A stretch of DNA of 64,000 bases from Vicinamibacterales bacterium. Lineage in GTDB: Bacteria; Acidobacteriota; Vicinamibacteria; Vicinamibacterales; 2-12-FULL-66-21. The notes under the pieces were generated by a model, which was not told the DNA's origin, made no database searches, and worked only from the letters and a program-made list of their open reading frames with translations. Below, piece after piece: positions 1 to 9,571 of the stretch (position 1 is the first letter of the stretch; the number at the start of each line of letters is the position of its first letter). Both the position numbers and the translations under genes were made by a program. The stretch spans positions 150,088 through 214,087 of the forward strand of contig JBMDXB010000112.1 of NCBI GenBank assembly GCA_048594885.1, written 5' to 3'.

Positions 1-1530
1 GCCGACGACGCCAACTTCGTGTCGAGGATGGCGGTGTCCCGCTACCACGCCAACGGCGATCTGGATTTGGCGTTTGGAACGGGCGGCAAAGTCACGCTCG
101 ATTTCGGCATCGCGACGAACGTGCGCCTCGATCTCGCCATTGACGCCGCCGGCCGGATCGTGGTCGCCGGCACCGTGATGCGCGATTACTTCCAGCCAAG
201 CGACGTCGGCGTCGCGCGGCTGACACCGGACGGCGCGCTGGACCCGGCGTTCGGCGTCGGCGGAACAGTCGTGACGGACATAGCCGGGTTCGCGGACGAG
301 GCCAATTCCGTCGCGATTCAGGGCGACGGGAAGATCGTCGTCGCCGGCACGGCAAGGACCAGCGCGGCGTTCGGCGCCGCCGACTTCGCCGTGCTTCGCT
401 ACAACCCCGACGGTTCGCTCGATGCCTCGTTCGACGGCGACGGCAAGGTGACCACCGACTTTGCCGGCTGGGACGATCAGGGCAACGGCGTGGCGATTCA
501 GACCGACGGACGCATCGTCGTCGCCGGCACCGGGAAGCCCGCCAACGAGACGTCCGATTTCGGCGTCGTGCGCTACGACGCGAACGGCACGCTCGACGTG
601 ACGTTCGACGGCGATGGCAAGGCGCTCACCGACATCGCCGGCGACTGGGACGAAGGCAATGCCATGGCCATTCAGCCGGGCGACGGACGGATCGTCGTCG
701 TTGGCGGCGCGGTCGTGCCGAATGCGTACGGCTGGTTCCACGATTTTGCGCTGGTTCGCTACGACACGAATGGCAGTCTCGACGCCGCGTTCGGCGCCGG
801 CGGCAAGGTGATCACGGACTTCTCGAACGGCAACGACATGGGAACCGACGTGGTGATCGCGGCCGACGGACGGATCGTGACGGCCGGGTGGGTCGCCGAT
901 CCCGCGGACGTCGAGCTGCTCATCGACTTCGGCGTGGCGCGCTACGAGCCGACGGGCGCGCTCGATGGGACGTTCGGCGCCGGCGGAAAGGTCATCACCG
1001 ATCTCGGTTACATCGAGTACGGGCAAGGCGTCGCACTGCAGGGCGACTGCAAGATCGTCGTCGCCGGCTGGTCGTGGCCGATCGACACCGGAGATTCCGC
1101 GTTCGCCCTCGTGCGCTACGACGGCGGCACCTGCGCGGCCCAGACGCCGGAGTGTCCGAAAACGCAAGGCTATTGGCAGGCGAATCCTGAAGCGTGGCCG
1201 GTCAGCTCGCTGACGTTAGGGGCCGAGACGTACGCGAAGAACGAGCTGCTCGGACTGCTCGCGAGTCCCGCTCGCGGCGACGCGAGCGTCGTGCTGGCGC
1301 AGCAGATGATCGCGGCGCGCCTCAACATCGCCAACGGCGTCGATCCCACACCGGTTGGCGCCATTCTCGAACACGCCGACGCGCTGTTCGCCAGCTTCAA
1401 CGGCAAGCTGCCGTACGGCGTGAAGTCATCGACCGTCGTCGGTCAGGCGATGGTCGCCGATGCCGTTCTGCTCGATCAGTTCAACAACGGCGCCGCGACC
1501 GGCTGCGTGGTCGCGCTCGCGTCCAATTGA
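1..1530 (+). CDS. Secreted repeat protein with ~8 tandem delta-60-type beta-propeller-like repeats; 5' end cut by the window edge
   Basis: Frame 1 is open from nt 1 (ADDANFVSRM..., no stop before the Met at 19). A ~55-aa periodic unit (RYxxDGxLDxxFGxxGKV...DGRIVVAG) is visible about 8 times. A Cys-containing C-terminal domain follows the repeats. Confidence 0.6.
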   Translation, partial: ADDANFVSRMAVSRYHANGDLDLAFGTGGKVTLDFGIATNVRLDLAIDAAGRIVVAGTVMRDYFQPSDVGVARLTPDGALDPAFGVGGTVVTDIAGFADEANSVAIQGDGKIVVAGTARTSAAFGAADFAVLRYNPDGSLDASFDGDGKVTTDFAGWDDQGNGVAIQTDGRIVVAGTGKPANETSDFGVVRYDANGTLDVTFDGDGKALTDIAGDWDEGNAMAIQPGDGRIVVVGGAVVPNAYGWFHDFALVRYDTNGSLDAAFGAGGKVITDFSNGNDMGTDVVIAADGRIVTAGWVADPADVELLIDFGVARYEPTGALDGTFGAGGKVITDLGYIEYGQGVALQGDCKIVVAGWSWPIDTGDSAFALVRYDGGTCAAQTPECPKTQGYWQANPEAWPVSSLTLGAETYAKNELLGLLASPARGDASVVLAQQMIAARLNIANGVDPTPVGAILEHADALFASFNGKLPYGVKSSTVVGQAMVADAVLLDQFNNGAATGCVVALASN

Positions 1531-1560
1531 CCCTGTTCAGACTGTCAGATTGGAGGAGTC

Positions 1561-2667
1561 ATGTTCGCTCGAACCACACGTCTGTTCCGCGGCCGCTCTC
1601 TGAGGGCGGCCGCCCTCTCCGCGGCTCTTATCACGAGTGTTGTCGCGCAGCCGCCTGCCGCCACGGCTGCGCCGGTTGCAGCCTGCAGCGCCGCCTCGGG
1701 CCAGGCGTTCATCGACGATGGCCGCTACCTGAAGGCGATTGCCGAGTTCACGTGCGTCATCGAGGCGCAGCCGACCGGCGTCGAGGGGTACCGAGGCCGC
1801 ATCGAGGCCCAACTGCTGCTCGGCCTGTACTCGAACGCGCTGCGCGACTACACACGCGTGACGGCCTACGTGCTGCCGGTGCATCCGGACGCGGCGAATG
1901 TCATCTTCGCGGGCTACGCGGCACGGCTGGCGGCCGATCCGCTGAACGTGCCGGCGCTCACCGGCGCGAGCTTCGGGCGCTGGTACTTCTTCCAGTATGC
2001 GCAAGCGACGCAACTGCTGAACACGCTGCTCGACGTCAGCCCCAACAACCTCTACGGGAATCTGTTCCGTGGCTCGAGCCGTGTCCTCGGCGGAGTCGCG
2101 GTGCTCGGCGTGCTCGATCTCGAGCGCGCGATCGAGCTCGCGCCCGAGAGTCCCGATGTCCGGTTCATCGTTGCCGACGCGTATACCTACGGCCTGAGCG
2201 ATCCCAATCGCGCGCTGGCCGAAGCGACGCTCGCGCTTGCCGGCGGCCGCGACACGCCACGGGTGCACGCGATCATCGGCAGCGCGTGGCACGCGCTCGG
2301 CGATGAGGCGCTCTCGGCGTGGCACATCGCGCGGCACATCGAACTGGTCACCACCGAGCTCGTATCGGCCCCGGCGCTCCCTGCGGGCACGTCGGTCGCG
2401 CTTCCACTGGTCCCAGGCCGCGTGTACGAGATCCCGGTGCCGGCCGTCGCAGGCGAGACGGTGTCGATTTCGACATTCAGCCGCGACTACGGGGACACGA
2501 TTCTCGTCCTGCTCGGCCCCGACGGCACGCCCGTCGTCGCCAGCGACGACGCGAGGGTGTATGCCGCGGTGCTGAACTGGATGGCTCCGGCGACGGGCAC
2601 CTACATGTTGCGCACGACGTTCTTCGAATCGGTCAATACCGGCGTGATGTCGGTGACGAGGAAGTAG
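1561..2667 (+). CDS. Secreted hypothetical protein (helical TPR-like region plus a C-terminal beta domain resembling a pre-peptidase C-terminal domain)
   Basis: The ATG is preceded by GGAGGAG. The N-terminus is signal-like (MFARTTRLFRGRSLRAAALSAALITSVVA). The C-terminal pattern is GRVYEIPVPAVAGETVSISTFS...DTILVLLGPDGTPVVASDD. Confidence 0.5.
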   Translation: MFARTTRLFRGRSLRAAALSAALITSVVAQPPAATAAPVAACSAASGQAFIDDGRYLKAIAEFTCVIEAQPTGVEGYRGRIEAQLLLGLYSNALRDYTRVTAYVLPVHPDAANVIFAGYAARLAADPLNVPALTGASFGRWYFFQYAQATQLLNTLLDVSPNNLYGNLFRGSSRVLGGVAVLGVLDLERAIELAPESPDVRFIVADAYTYGLSDPNRALAEATLALAGGRDTPRVHAIIGSAWHALGDEALSAWHIARHIELVTTELVSAPALPAGTSVALPLVPGRVYEIPVPAVAGETVSISTFSRDYGDTILVLLGPDGTPVVASDDARVYAAVLNWMAPATGTYMLRTTFFESVNTGVMSVTRK

Positions 2668-2849
2668 ACATCGGTCGCGCCTTCCCATGGAGCGGCGCGC
2701 GTCCGCGCGCCGACGGGCTAGAGACGTCCCATCGCGCTGCGCATGAGCGTCAGCGCGGCGCGTTGGAGCGTCTCGGAGCCCGCGGTTGACAGCCTCGCTC
2801 GAAAAAGAGGAAACTTCCTCTTCCCTAGATCGTCTATGCAAAGAGAAAC

Positions 2850-3197
2850 TTGATGAAGCACGCCAGGACCAGGAACAAGAACGAACTGCTTCCGGGCACG
2901 CTCGAGATGTTGATCCTGAAGACGCTGTCGATCGAGTCGATGCACGGCTACGGCATCGCCCAGCACATCCAGATGCTGTCGGCGGACGTGCTGACGATCG
3001 AAGAGGGATCGCTGTATCCGGCGCTGCAGCGGATGCTCGTCAAGGGATGGGTGGTCGCCGAGTGGAAGACGTCGGCGAACAACCGCCGAGCGCGCTTCTA
3101 CAGGCTCACGGCCGCCGGCAAGAAGCAGCTTGGCATCGAGGAATCGCGGTTCTCGCAGATGTTCGGCGCGATCATGCGCGTGATGAAGACGACGTAG
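2850..3197 (+). CDS. PadR-family transcriptional regulator
   Basis: Winged-helix signature LPGTLEMLILKTL..HGYGIAQHI..EGSLYPALQRMLVKGWV..RFYRLTAAGKKQL. It ends 19 nt before the ADOP permease, the usual acidobacterial PadR-ADOP pairing. Confidence 0.85.
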   Translation: MMKHARTRNKNELLPGTLEMLILKTLSIESMHGYGIAQHIQMLSADVLTIEEGSLYPALQRMLVKGWVVAEWKTSANNRRARFYRLTAAGKKQLGIEESRFSQMFGAIMRVMKTT

Positions 3198-3216
3198 TGC
3201 GCTGACCCAGGAGAGG

Positions 3217-5952
3217 ATGCGCATGGGTTCTCTGCTCCGGCGTCTGCTGTTCTTCTTCCAGCGGAATCGATTCGATCGGGATCTGGAGGACGAGCTGCGC
3301 TTTCACGAGGAGATGAAGGCGCGCGCCCTCGCCGACGCGAATGGCATGAGCGGCGACGAGGCACGGGCGGCCGCGCGGCGGCGGCTCGGCAATCCCCTGC
3401 GGCTGCGCGAACGGTCGCGCGAACCGTGGACGTTCCCGCCGGTCGAAACGTTCGCGCAGGACGTGCGTCACGCGCTGCGATTGATGCGGCGCGATCCGGC
3501 GTTCACCGTCACCGCCCTCGCCACGCTCGCGCTCGGCATCGGCCTCAACACCGCGATCTTCTCTGTCGCCTACGGTGTGCTCTGGCGTCCGTTGCCGTAT
3601 CCCAATCCGGATCGGCTCGTCATGATTTCGTCAGCGCAGCAGACCGAGACGGGCGTCAGGACGTTCTCGACCTGGACGCCCGTGTCGTACGACGAGTTGC
3701 GCCTGCGCCTCACGACGCTCGATCATCTCGCGGCCTACGCCTCGATCGACGCCCAGCTCACTGGACGCGGCGAGCCGCTCCAGGTCCGCGCGCTCGACGT
3801 GAGTCCGAACTTCTTCACCACGCTGGGCGTCAATCCGGTTCGCGGCCGCGCCTTCCTCACCGGCGCCGCGGCGCCAGGCGACGATGGCACCGCGATCGTC
3901 AGCGATCGGCTGTGGCGCACGTCGCTCGCGGCCAGCCCGGCGATCGTCGGACAATCCCTCACCATCGACGGCGTCGCCCGTACCGTCGTCGGCGTCCTGC
4001 CGCCCGACTTCAGCTTCAGGCCGGTAATCCCGCGGCTCGGCGCGCTGCCGGAGGCGGACATCTTTCTGCTCAATCGCTGGCCTGACGACACGGGCCGGAG
4101 GGCGTTTCTCTTTCTGCTGGGCCGCATGAAGTCAGGCGTGATCGAGGAGCGGGTGGAAGCGGAATTGACGCCGCTGGTGAACGATTCGGCGATCATGCCG
4201 GCTGGCGCACTCAGTACGGCGGGCGTACTCGCGCCGAACGTCCACACACGCGCGCGAGCGGTCGGCTTGCAGGAGTACGGCACGGAGTCGGTGCGCACGC
4301 TGCTGCTGATCCTGCTCGGGGCGGTGTCGTTCGTGCTGCTCATCGCCTCCGTCAACGTCGCGAACCTGCAGATGGCGCGCCTCACCGCCCGCCGCGGCGA
4401 ACTGTCGGTCCGCATGGCCCTCGGCGCGGGACGCCGGCGGATTGTGCGTCAGCTGCTGACGGAAGCAGTCGTGTTGTCGCTGCTGGGCGCGTCGCTCGGC
4501 GTGATGCTCGCGCAGCTCGCGATCGACGTCACCCTGCCGCTCGTGCCGCCTTCCGTGCTTCCACGCCTGGGCGGCATCGTGATCGACGCGCGCGTGATGG
4601 CGTTCTGCCTCGGCTTGTCGCTCGTCGCGACGCTGCTGGTCGGCCTCGTGCCGGCGCTGCGCGTCAGCGGAGGCGCGTTTGGCGAAGGCCTCGCGCTGCA
4701 CGCCGGTGAAACGCGCACGACGGCAGACCGTCAGGGCGAGCGGCTGCGGACGCTGCTGGTCGCCGCCCAGATCGCGATGACGCTCGTCCTCCTGATCGGT
4801 GCGGGCCTGCTGTTTCACAGCTTCGTGCGTCTCACGTCCGTGGCGCCCGGCTTCGACTCGAGCGGGCGCGACGGCGTCGTGCAGATCGTCAAGGTGACGC
4901 TGCCCCCACGCCTCTACGGCGATCCCGAGCGCATCCACGCCTTCGCGCGCGGCGTGCTCGATCGCATCCAGTACCTGCCGGGCGTGAAGTCGGCGAGCCT
5001 GATCAACTCGGTGCCGTTCGGGATGATGTTCATCCAGGGCGACTTCGAGATCGCGGGTCAGCCAAAGCCGACGCTCGACGTCGGGATGCCGAAGATCCAC
5101 GCGGACTATTTCAAGACCATGGGGATTCCGCTGCTGGCGGGACGCGACTTCACCGCCAGCGACACGGCCGCAGCGCCGAGCGTGGCGATCGTCAGCGAGC
5201 GCGTCGTGCGCGAGTTCCGCCATCGCCAAGGCTCCGGCGGACAGGACTTTCCGGGTGGTCCGCGCGAGGCGCTCGGCCGCCGCGTGCGCCTGTGGAATAG
5301 CGCCGAGTGGCTGACGGTGGTGGGGGTGGTCGCGGATATCCGTCAGCGGCGGCTCGATCAGGCGGTGCAGCCGATGATCTACGCGCCGTTCCAGCAGGAG
5401 CGCGGCGGGTTCGTGCGGTTCGTGTCGTTCGTCGCGCGCACGGCGACACCCGCCACCGTGGCCGAAGGCATTCGCGCGGAGATTCGCCGCGCCGCGCCCG
5501 ATCTGCCGATCGAGAGCACAGTCACGATGGATGAAGCGCTGGCGGCGTCGGTCGCGCAGCCGCGATTCCGGACGCTGCTGCTGGTGCTGTTCGCGATGAC
5601 CGCGACGCTGATCGCGACGTGCGGCATCTACGGCTTGATGGCCTACGCGGTGACGCAGCGCCGACGCGAGATCGGCGTGCGCATGGCGCTCGGCGCCGAC
5701 CGCCGCGACGTGCTCCGCCTCGTGCTCGCGCGCGCCCTCCGCATCGTCGTCTCCGGCGTCATCGTCGGCCTCGCCGGGGCCGCGGTCGTGACGCGCGTGT
5801 TGCGGACTTTTCTGTTCGGGGTGACGCCGACCGATCCGGTCGCGTTCACGGGCGTCACGCTGCTGCTGGTGGCGGTGGGACTGACAGCGGCGTGGCTGCC
5901 GGCGCGCCGCGCGACACGGATCGACCCGTGCGCCGCGCTGCGCGCGGAATAG
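3217..5952 (+). CDS. ADOP-family (acidobacterial duplicated orphan permease) MacB-like/FtsX permease
   Basis: 911 aa with a duplicated MacB-periplasmic-domain plus FtsX module. The FtsX cytoplasmic-loop motif occurs twice (RRGELSVRMALGAGRRRIVRQLL and RRREIGVRMALGADRRDVLRLVL). The N-terminal helical extension is typical of PadR-linked ADOPs. Confidence 0.85.
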   Translation: MRMGSLLRRLLFFFQRNRFDRDLEDELRFHEEMKARALADANGMSGDEARAAARRRLGNPLRLRERSREPWTFPPVETFAQDVRHALRLMRRDPAFTVTALATLALGIGLNTAIFSVAYGVLWRPLPYPNPDRLVMISSAQQTETGVRTFSTWTPVSYDELRLRLTTLDHLAAYASIDAQLTGRGEPLQVRALDVSPNFFTTLGVNPVRGRAFLTGAAAPGDDGTAIVSDRLWRTSLAASPAIVGQSLTIDGVARTVVGVLPPDFSFRPVIPRLGALPEADIFLLNRWPDDTGRRAFLFLLGRMKSGVIEERVEAELTPLVNDSAIMPAGALSTAGVLAPNVHTRARAVGLQEYGTESVRTLLLILLGAVSFVLLIASVNVANLQMARLTARRGELSVRMALGAGRRRIVRQLLTEAVVLSLLGASLGVMLAQLAIDVTLPLVPPSVLPRLGGIVIDARVMAFCLGLSLVATLLVGLVPALRVSGGAFGEGLALHAGETRTTADRQGERLRTLLVAAQIAMTLVLLIGAGLLFHSFVRLTSVAPGFDSSGRDGVVQIVKVTLPPRLYGDPERIHAFARGVLDRIQYLPGVKSASLINSVPFGMMFIQGDFEIAGQPKPTLDVGMPKIHADYFKTMGIPLLAGRDFTASDTAAAPSVAIVSERVVREFRHRQGSGGQDFPGGPREALGRRVRLWNSAEWLTVVGVVADIRQRRLDQAVQPMIYAPFQQERGGFVRFVSFVARTATPATVAEGIRAEIRRAAPDLPIESTVTMDEALAASVAQPRFRTLLLVLFAMTATLIATCGIYGLMAYAVTQRRREIGVRMALGADRRDVLRLVLARALRIVVSGVIVGLAGAAVVTRVLRTFLFGVTPTDPVAFTGVTLLLVAVGLTAAWLPARRATRIDPCAALRAE

Positions 5953-6220
5953 GCGGCAGCCGCGCGCTTCGGCGCATTTGCGGCGCGTGCGGTGACGTTC
6001 GTCGCGCTCGGGCCAAAGAGGCCGCTCCACACCTCGTTCAGGGCAGCTCTTTGAACGGATTGAAGACCGTGAGGCGGGCCCTTTGAAGTCCCGCGACTAC
6101 AACGATTGGCCCACGGATGCCCGTTGGGCAGCTCGCCGTTCGACACGTCCAGGAGGCGTGGCCGTGAACGTTCGGAAATCGCGGCGCCTTTTACCGCCTG
6201 GCGGGCATGACGCGCCAGGT

Positions 6221-7279
6221 ATGCAGGTTGCCATCCCGCTCCGCACCATGCATCTGCGTACGCTTCGACTGTGGTCGGCGGGCCTCGCGCTCCTGGTCGT
6301 CGCCGTCCTTGGGAGCGTGGCCATCCTCGCCAGCGATCGAGAGCCGCTCGCCCTGAACGATCGGGAACGCAGCCGCCTGCCGGGAAAGTTCGTCGCGCTT
6401 TCTCACGGCGTGACGAACTACGAGATCATGGGGCCGGCGGGCGGACGCGTGATCGTGCTGGTTCCGGGGATCTCCATTCCGAGGACCGTGTTCGCCCGAA
6501 CGCTCGCACCGCTCGCCGAAGCGGGCTATCGCGTCATCGCCTACGACCTCTATGGACGCGGATTCTCCGATCGGCCACGAGTCCGCTACGACGCCGCCCT
6601 GTTCAATCGGCAGATCGACGACCTGCTGTCGGCGCTGCGGATCGATGGACCGATCACCCTCATGGGCCTGGCCTCGGGCGGCTTGCAGGCGCTGCTCTAC
6701 GGCGAGCGTCGCCCGGCGCGGGTCGAGGGTCTGGTCCTCATCTGCCCCGACGGCGTGGACGCTCCGGTCGGCGGCTTCGTTCGTCTGCTGCGACAGCCGG
6801 TCGCGGGAGAGCTCGCCGGTCGGATGATCATGAATGCCGTGGGCCAGCGTCAGTGGGAAGAGCGGCTGCGGCACTACTCGACAGACCCTCGCCTGGTCGC
6901 CGACATCATCGGACAGTTTCGCGGGCAGCTCGCGTACAAAGGTTTCTGGCGGGCGCTGACGTCCTCGATCGCGAGCCTTCCCATCAGCAGCGCGAGCGAC
7001 CTCTTTCGACGAATCGAGTGGCAGGGTACGCCCACCATGGTGCTCTGGGGAGCGGAGGATGTGATCATTCCGGCGCGCCTGGGCCACGAGGTTCGCAAGC
7101 TCATGCCGTCGGCGCAATATGTCGAGATTCCCGCAGGTCACCTGCCTCAATACGAGCGACCCGACCTCACGAACGAGGCGATTCGCCTCTTTCTCGCGCG
7201 GAAGGACCAGATGCCCTCCAGGACGGTCAAGCCGTCGAGTCATGTCACATTCCGAAGCGCTCTCCCGTCTCACCGTTAA
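6221..7279 (+). CDS. Alpha/beta-fold hydrolase, membrane-anchored or secreted
   Basis: N-terminal hydrophobic anchor (LRLWSAGLALLVVAVLGSVAIL), a VLVPGISIP oxyanion-region-like strand, a nucleophile-elbow-like MGLASGG, and a C-terminal IPAGHLPQYERP histidine block. The start is ambiguous: 6083, 6221 or 6248. Confidence 0.65.
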   Translation: MQVAIPLRTMHLRTLRLWSAGLALLVVAVLGSVAILASDREPLALNDRERSRLPGKFVALSHGVTNYEIMGPAGGRVIVLVPGISIPRTVFARTLAPLAEAGYRVIAYDLYGRGFSDRPRVRYDAALFNRQIDDLLSALRIDGPITLMGLASGGLQALLYGERRPARVEGLVLICPDGVDAPVGGFVRLLRQPVAGELAGRMIMNAVGQRQWEERLRHYSTDPRLVADIIGQFRGQLAYKGFWRALTSSIASLPISSASDLFRRIEWQGTPTMVLWGAEDVIIPARLGHEVRKLMPSAQYVEIPAGHLPQYERPDLTNEAIRLFLARKDQMPSRTVKPSSHVTFRSALPSHR

Positions 7280-7371
7280 CGACATGCGTTCCGCGACCGG
7301 GCCGAAGACACGGGTTGCGCCGCAGCTCCTGTCGGTCGTCGCGCGCCTCGTGCTGCCTTAATTTGACGCCC

Positions 7372-8856
7372 ATGGACATTCCCAGCCACGGCCCCGACGA
7401 CGCGGCAACTTTGGATTCAGACCTCGGAACTTTTCGAGCGCAGCTCGAGTGTGCGTCCGACGCTGTCGTGCGGCTGCACGAACGGTTGACGCATGCACGC
7501 GTGACGCCCGCAAAGGTTCGGGCAGAGATCGCCTCGTTGTTCGAGGAGCCGCTGCCGGCGGCTCCTCAACCGATGGACGCGATCCTACGGGAGGTCGAAC
7601 AGCACATTTTTTCGAACTCCACCCTGTACTCGAGCCCTCGTTTTTTCGGCTACATCAACGGAAGCGGAAACCAGGCGGCTGTGATCGCCGAACTGCTCGC
7701 GTCGGCGATCAACCAGATCTGCGCGCGGTGGCATTTCTCGCCCGCGGCTTCGGAAGTCGAACGGCGGGTGATCGAGTGGACAGCGGACTTCATCGGCTAC
7801 AGACCGGATGCCGGAGGATGTCTGCTCAGCGGCGGATCATCCGGCAATCTCGTCGGTCTGGCCTTGGCTCGGACGCAGAACGCGCCGTTCGACGCCGCGT
7901 CGTACGGCATGCGAGGGAGTTCTCCGCTGACCGTCTACGTGTCCGAGGAGCGGCACGCATCGCTCGACAAGGCCATGGTGCTGCTCGGCATGGGCCGCGC
8001 GCATTTGCGCAAGATCCCGGTCGTCGATGACTTCACCATCGATCTCGAGGCGCTTGCGCGGCAGGTCGCGACGGATCGTGTTGACGGGTGTTGCCCGATC
8101 TGCGTGGTCGGGAACGCGGGCACGACAAACACCGGCGCAGTGGATCCACTCGATGCGATGGCGGACTTCTGCCAGCAGGAGGGATTGTGGTTTCACGTTG
8201 ATGCCGCCTATGGAGGTCCTGCGGCGCAAACCCGCCTCGCCGCTCCACTCTTCAGGGGACTGAATCGAGCGGATTCGGTGGTCGTCAATCCGCACAAGTG
8301 GCTCTTCGTGCCGGTTGAAGCCGCGTGCATTCTGGTGCGGCAGCCGAGCGTTCTGAGAGACACGTTTCGCATTCGAGCGGCCTACCTGCGCGAAGACAGC
8401 GAGGGGGCGGCCGACGACGCCATCGACTTCAAAGACTACGGCCCGCAACTCTCGAGGAGTTTCCGCGCGCTCAAGCTGTGGATGACGTTCAAGGCGTACG
8501 GGTCGGAGCGATTGCGCGCGGCGATCGAAAGCAACATTGCGCTCATGCGGCACTTTGGCAACCGGATCGATGAGTCGCCGGATTTCATCCGACTTGCGCC
8601 GGTTCCATTGTCCACCGTCTGTTTTCAATACCGCACGACAGACGCGTCCGTCCATGCGGATGCGCAACGCCTCGACTCGCTCAACAACCGCCTGCTGGAG
8701 GCGCTCGAACGAGACGGCAGGGTCTTCCTGTCGGGCACGACCATCCGCGGAAGGACGGCGCTCCGAGCGTGCAGCGTCAACCACCGGCTGCGCCGGAGCG
8801 ACGTCGAGGGGCTGCTCGACATCATCCGCGACGTCGCGAGAAAAATGGAGCGATGA
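7372..8856 (+). CDS. Group II pyridoxal-phosphate-dependent decarboxylase (aromatic amino acid / glutamate decarboxylase family)
   Basis: Family blocks are present: SPRFFGYINGSG, GGSSGNLVGLALAR, DAAYGG, and the PLP-lysine motif NPHKWLFVPVEAAC. The six-frame ORF (6271..8856) has a spurious 367-aa N-terminal extension overlapping the hydrolase, so the real start is taken as the ATG at 7372 (MDIPSHG). Confidence 0.85.
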   Translation: MDIPSHGPDDAATLDSDLGTFRAQLECASDAVVRLHERLTHARVTPAKVRAEIASLFEEPLPAAPQPMDAILREVEQHIFSNSTLYSSPRFFGYINGSGNQAAVIAELLASAINQICARWHFSPAASEVERRVIEWTADFIGYRPDAGGCLLSGGSSGNLVGLALARTQNAPFDAASYGMRGSSPLTVYVSEERHASLDKAMVLLGMGRAHLRKIPVVDDFTIDLEALARQVATDRVDGCCPICVVGNAGTTNTGAVDPLDAMADFCQQEGLWFHVDAAYGGPAAQTRLAAPLFRGLNRADSVVVNPHKWLFVPVEAACILVRQPSVLRDTFRIRAAYLREDSEGAADDAIDFKDYGPQLSRSFRALKLWMTFKAYGSERLRAAIESNIALMRHFGNRIDESPDFIRLAPVPLSTVCFQYRTTDASVHADAQRLDSLNNRLLEALERDGRVFLSGTTIRGRTALRACSVNHRLRRSDVEGLLDIIRDVARKMER

Positions 8857-9389
8857 CGAACGAGCTCCGCAAGGTCCAGCTGAGCGCCCGGGACCTTCGA
8901 GTGGTCGCTCGGTATGCCGCGGAGAATGCCCAGGAAGTACTGTCGATCTTCGAGGACAGTCATCCCGGCGACCGGCGGCCTCGTGCAGCCATCGAAGCGG
9001 CGTGGACGTTTGCGGAAGGTGCGAAGCGGACCAGATTGCAGCGAACGAGCGCGTTGGCGGCACACAAGGCTGCACAGGAGGCGACGATCGCAGCGGCACA
9101 GGAAGCGGCACGTGCCGCAGGCCATGCGGCAGCCGCGGCCTACCTGCACCCGCTCGCGCGATCGACGCAGGTCAAACACATTCTCGGCGCCGCCGCACAC
9201 GCGGCGCGCGCGGCGGAGTTGGCCGCGGGTGGGGATCGACGTGTCGGAGCGCAGCAGCTTGAGCAGGCTCGCCACCGGGCGACGCCTGCCCTTGTCGCCG
9301 TGCTCAGGCGCTTCCCCGCTCTGAGGTCGAGCGAAAACCGCGTGGCGGAGCTTATGACAGCCCTGGACAGCGCACTGCGCTCGGTCTGA
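8853..9389 (+). CDS. Small Ala-rich helical protein; resembles the Imm-5-like family that is often mis-annotated as exonuclease SbcC
   Basis: The ATG at 8853 overlaps the decarboxylase TGA (ATGA, 4-nt overlap). Sequence blocks RDLRVVARYAAENAQEVLSIFE..HPGDRRPRAAIEAAWTFAEG..RT and YLHPLARSTQVKHILGAAAHAARAAEL match my recollection of that family. The family assignment is from memory, not from a search. Confidence 0.55.
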   Translation: MTNELRKVQLSARDLRVVARYAAENAQEVLSIFEDSHPGDRRPRAAIEAAWTFAEGAKRTRLQRTSALAAHKAAQEATIAAAQEAARAAGHAAAAAYLHPLARSTQVKHILGAAAHAARAAELAAGGDRRVGAQQLEQARHRATPALVAVLRRFPALRSSENRVAELMTALDSALRSV

Positions 9390-9390
9390 G

Positions 9391-9429
9391 ACGAGGTCAT
9401 GCGCGCGACATCAACGCGCGCCCCCTCGT
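9391..9429 (+). terminator. GC-rich compound hairpin downstream of the small helical protein gene
   Basis: ACGAGG..GCGCGCG-acatcaa-CGCGCGC..CCTCGT, two nested perfect stems 2 nt after the stop codon. There is no clear U-tract. Confidence 0.35.
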
Positions 9430-9571
9430 TACGAAAGCGCGAAAGATCGCGAGCGCCGGGCTGACGGGTCGGGCCCCGCCCCGCGGAACCGCCCGATTCA
9501 CGCGCCTGCATCGCCAGGCACACCGCTTGCCGTGTGTCTTCGTGGATGTTCGGCATCAAGAGGGCGTTCTC

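Noticed and set aside
2807-2820. The inverted repeat GAGGAA-ac-TTCCTC, 30 nt upstream of the PadR gene, and a TTGACA at 2786-2791, considered as operator and promoter.
   Set aside because: There is no acceptable -10 element at the right spacing from TTGACA. The palindrome does not resemble the PadR operators I know (ATGT-N8-ACAT type). It is a plausible binding site but unsupported.
4132-6030. A 632-aa ORF antisense to the first ADOP permease. Similar long ORFs occur at 1194..2306, 1537..2841, 7837..9111, 19075..20121, 38340..39473, 52043..53341, 57799..59136 and elsewhere.
   Set aside because: The translations are Arg/His/Asp/Pro-rich with no motifs. They overlap well-supported genes on the other strand or in another frame. 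These are the usual stop-poor shadow frames of very GC-rich DNA.
6271-7371. The N-terminal 367 aa of the 861-aa six-frame ORF that contains the decarboxylase.
   Set aside because: This part overlaps the alpha/beta hydrolase gene in another frame and translates to Arg/Pro/Gly-rich sequence. Decarboxylase similarity begins at the ATG at 7372.
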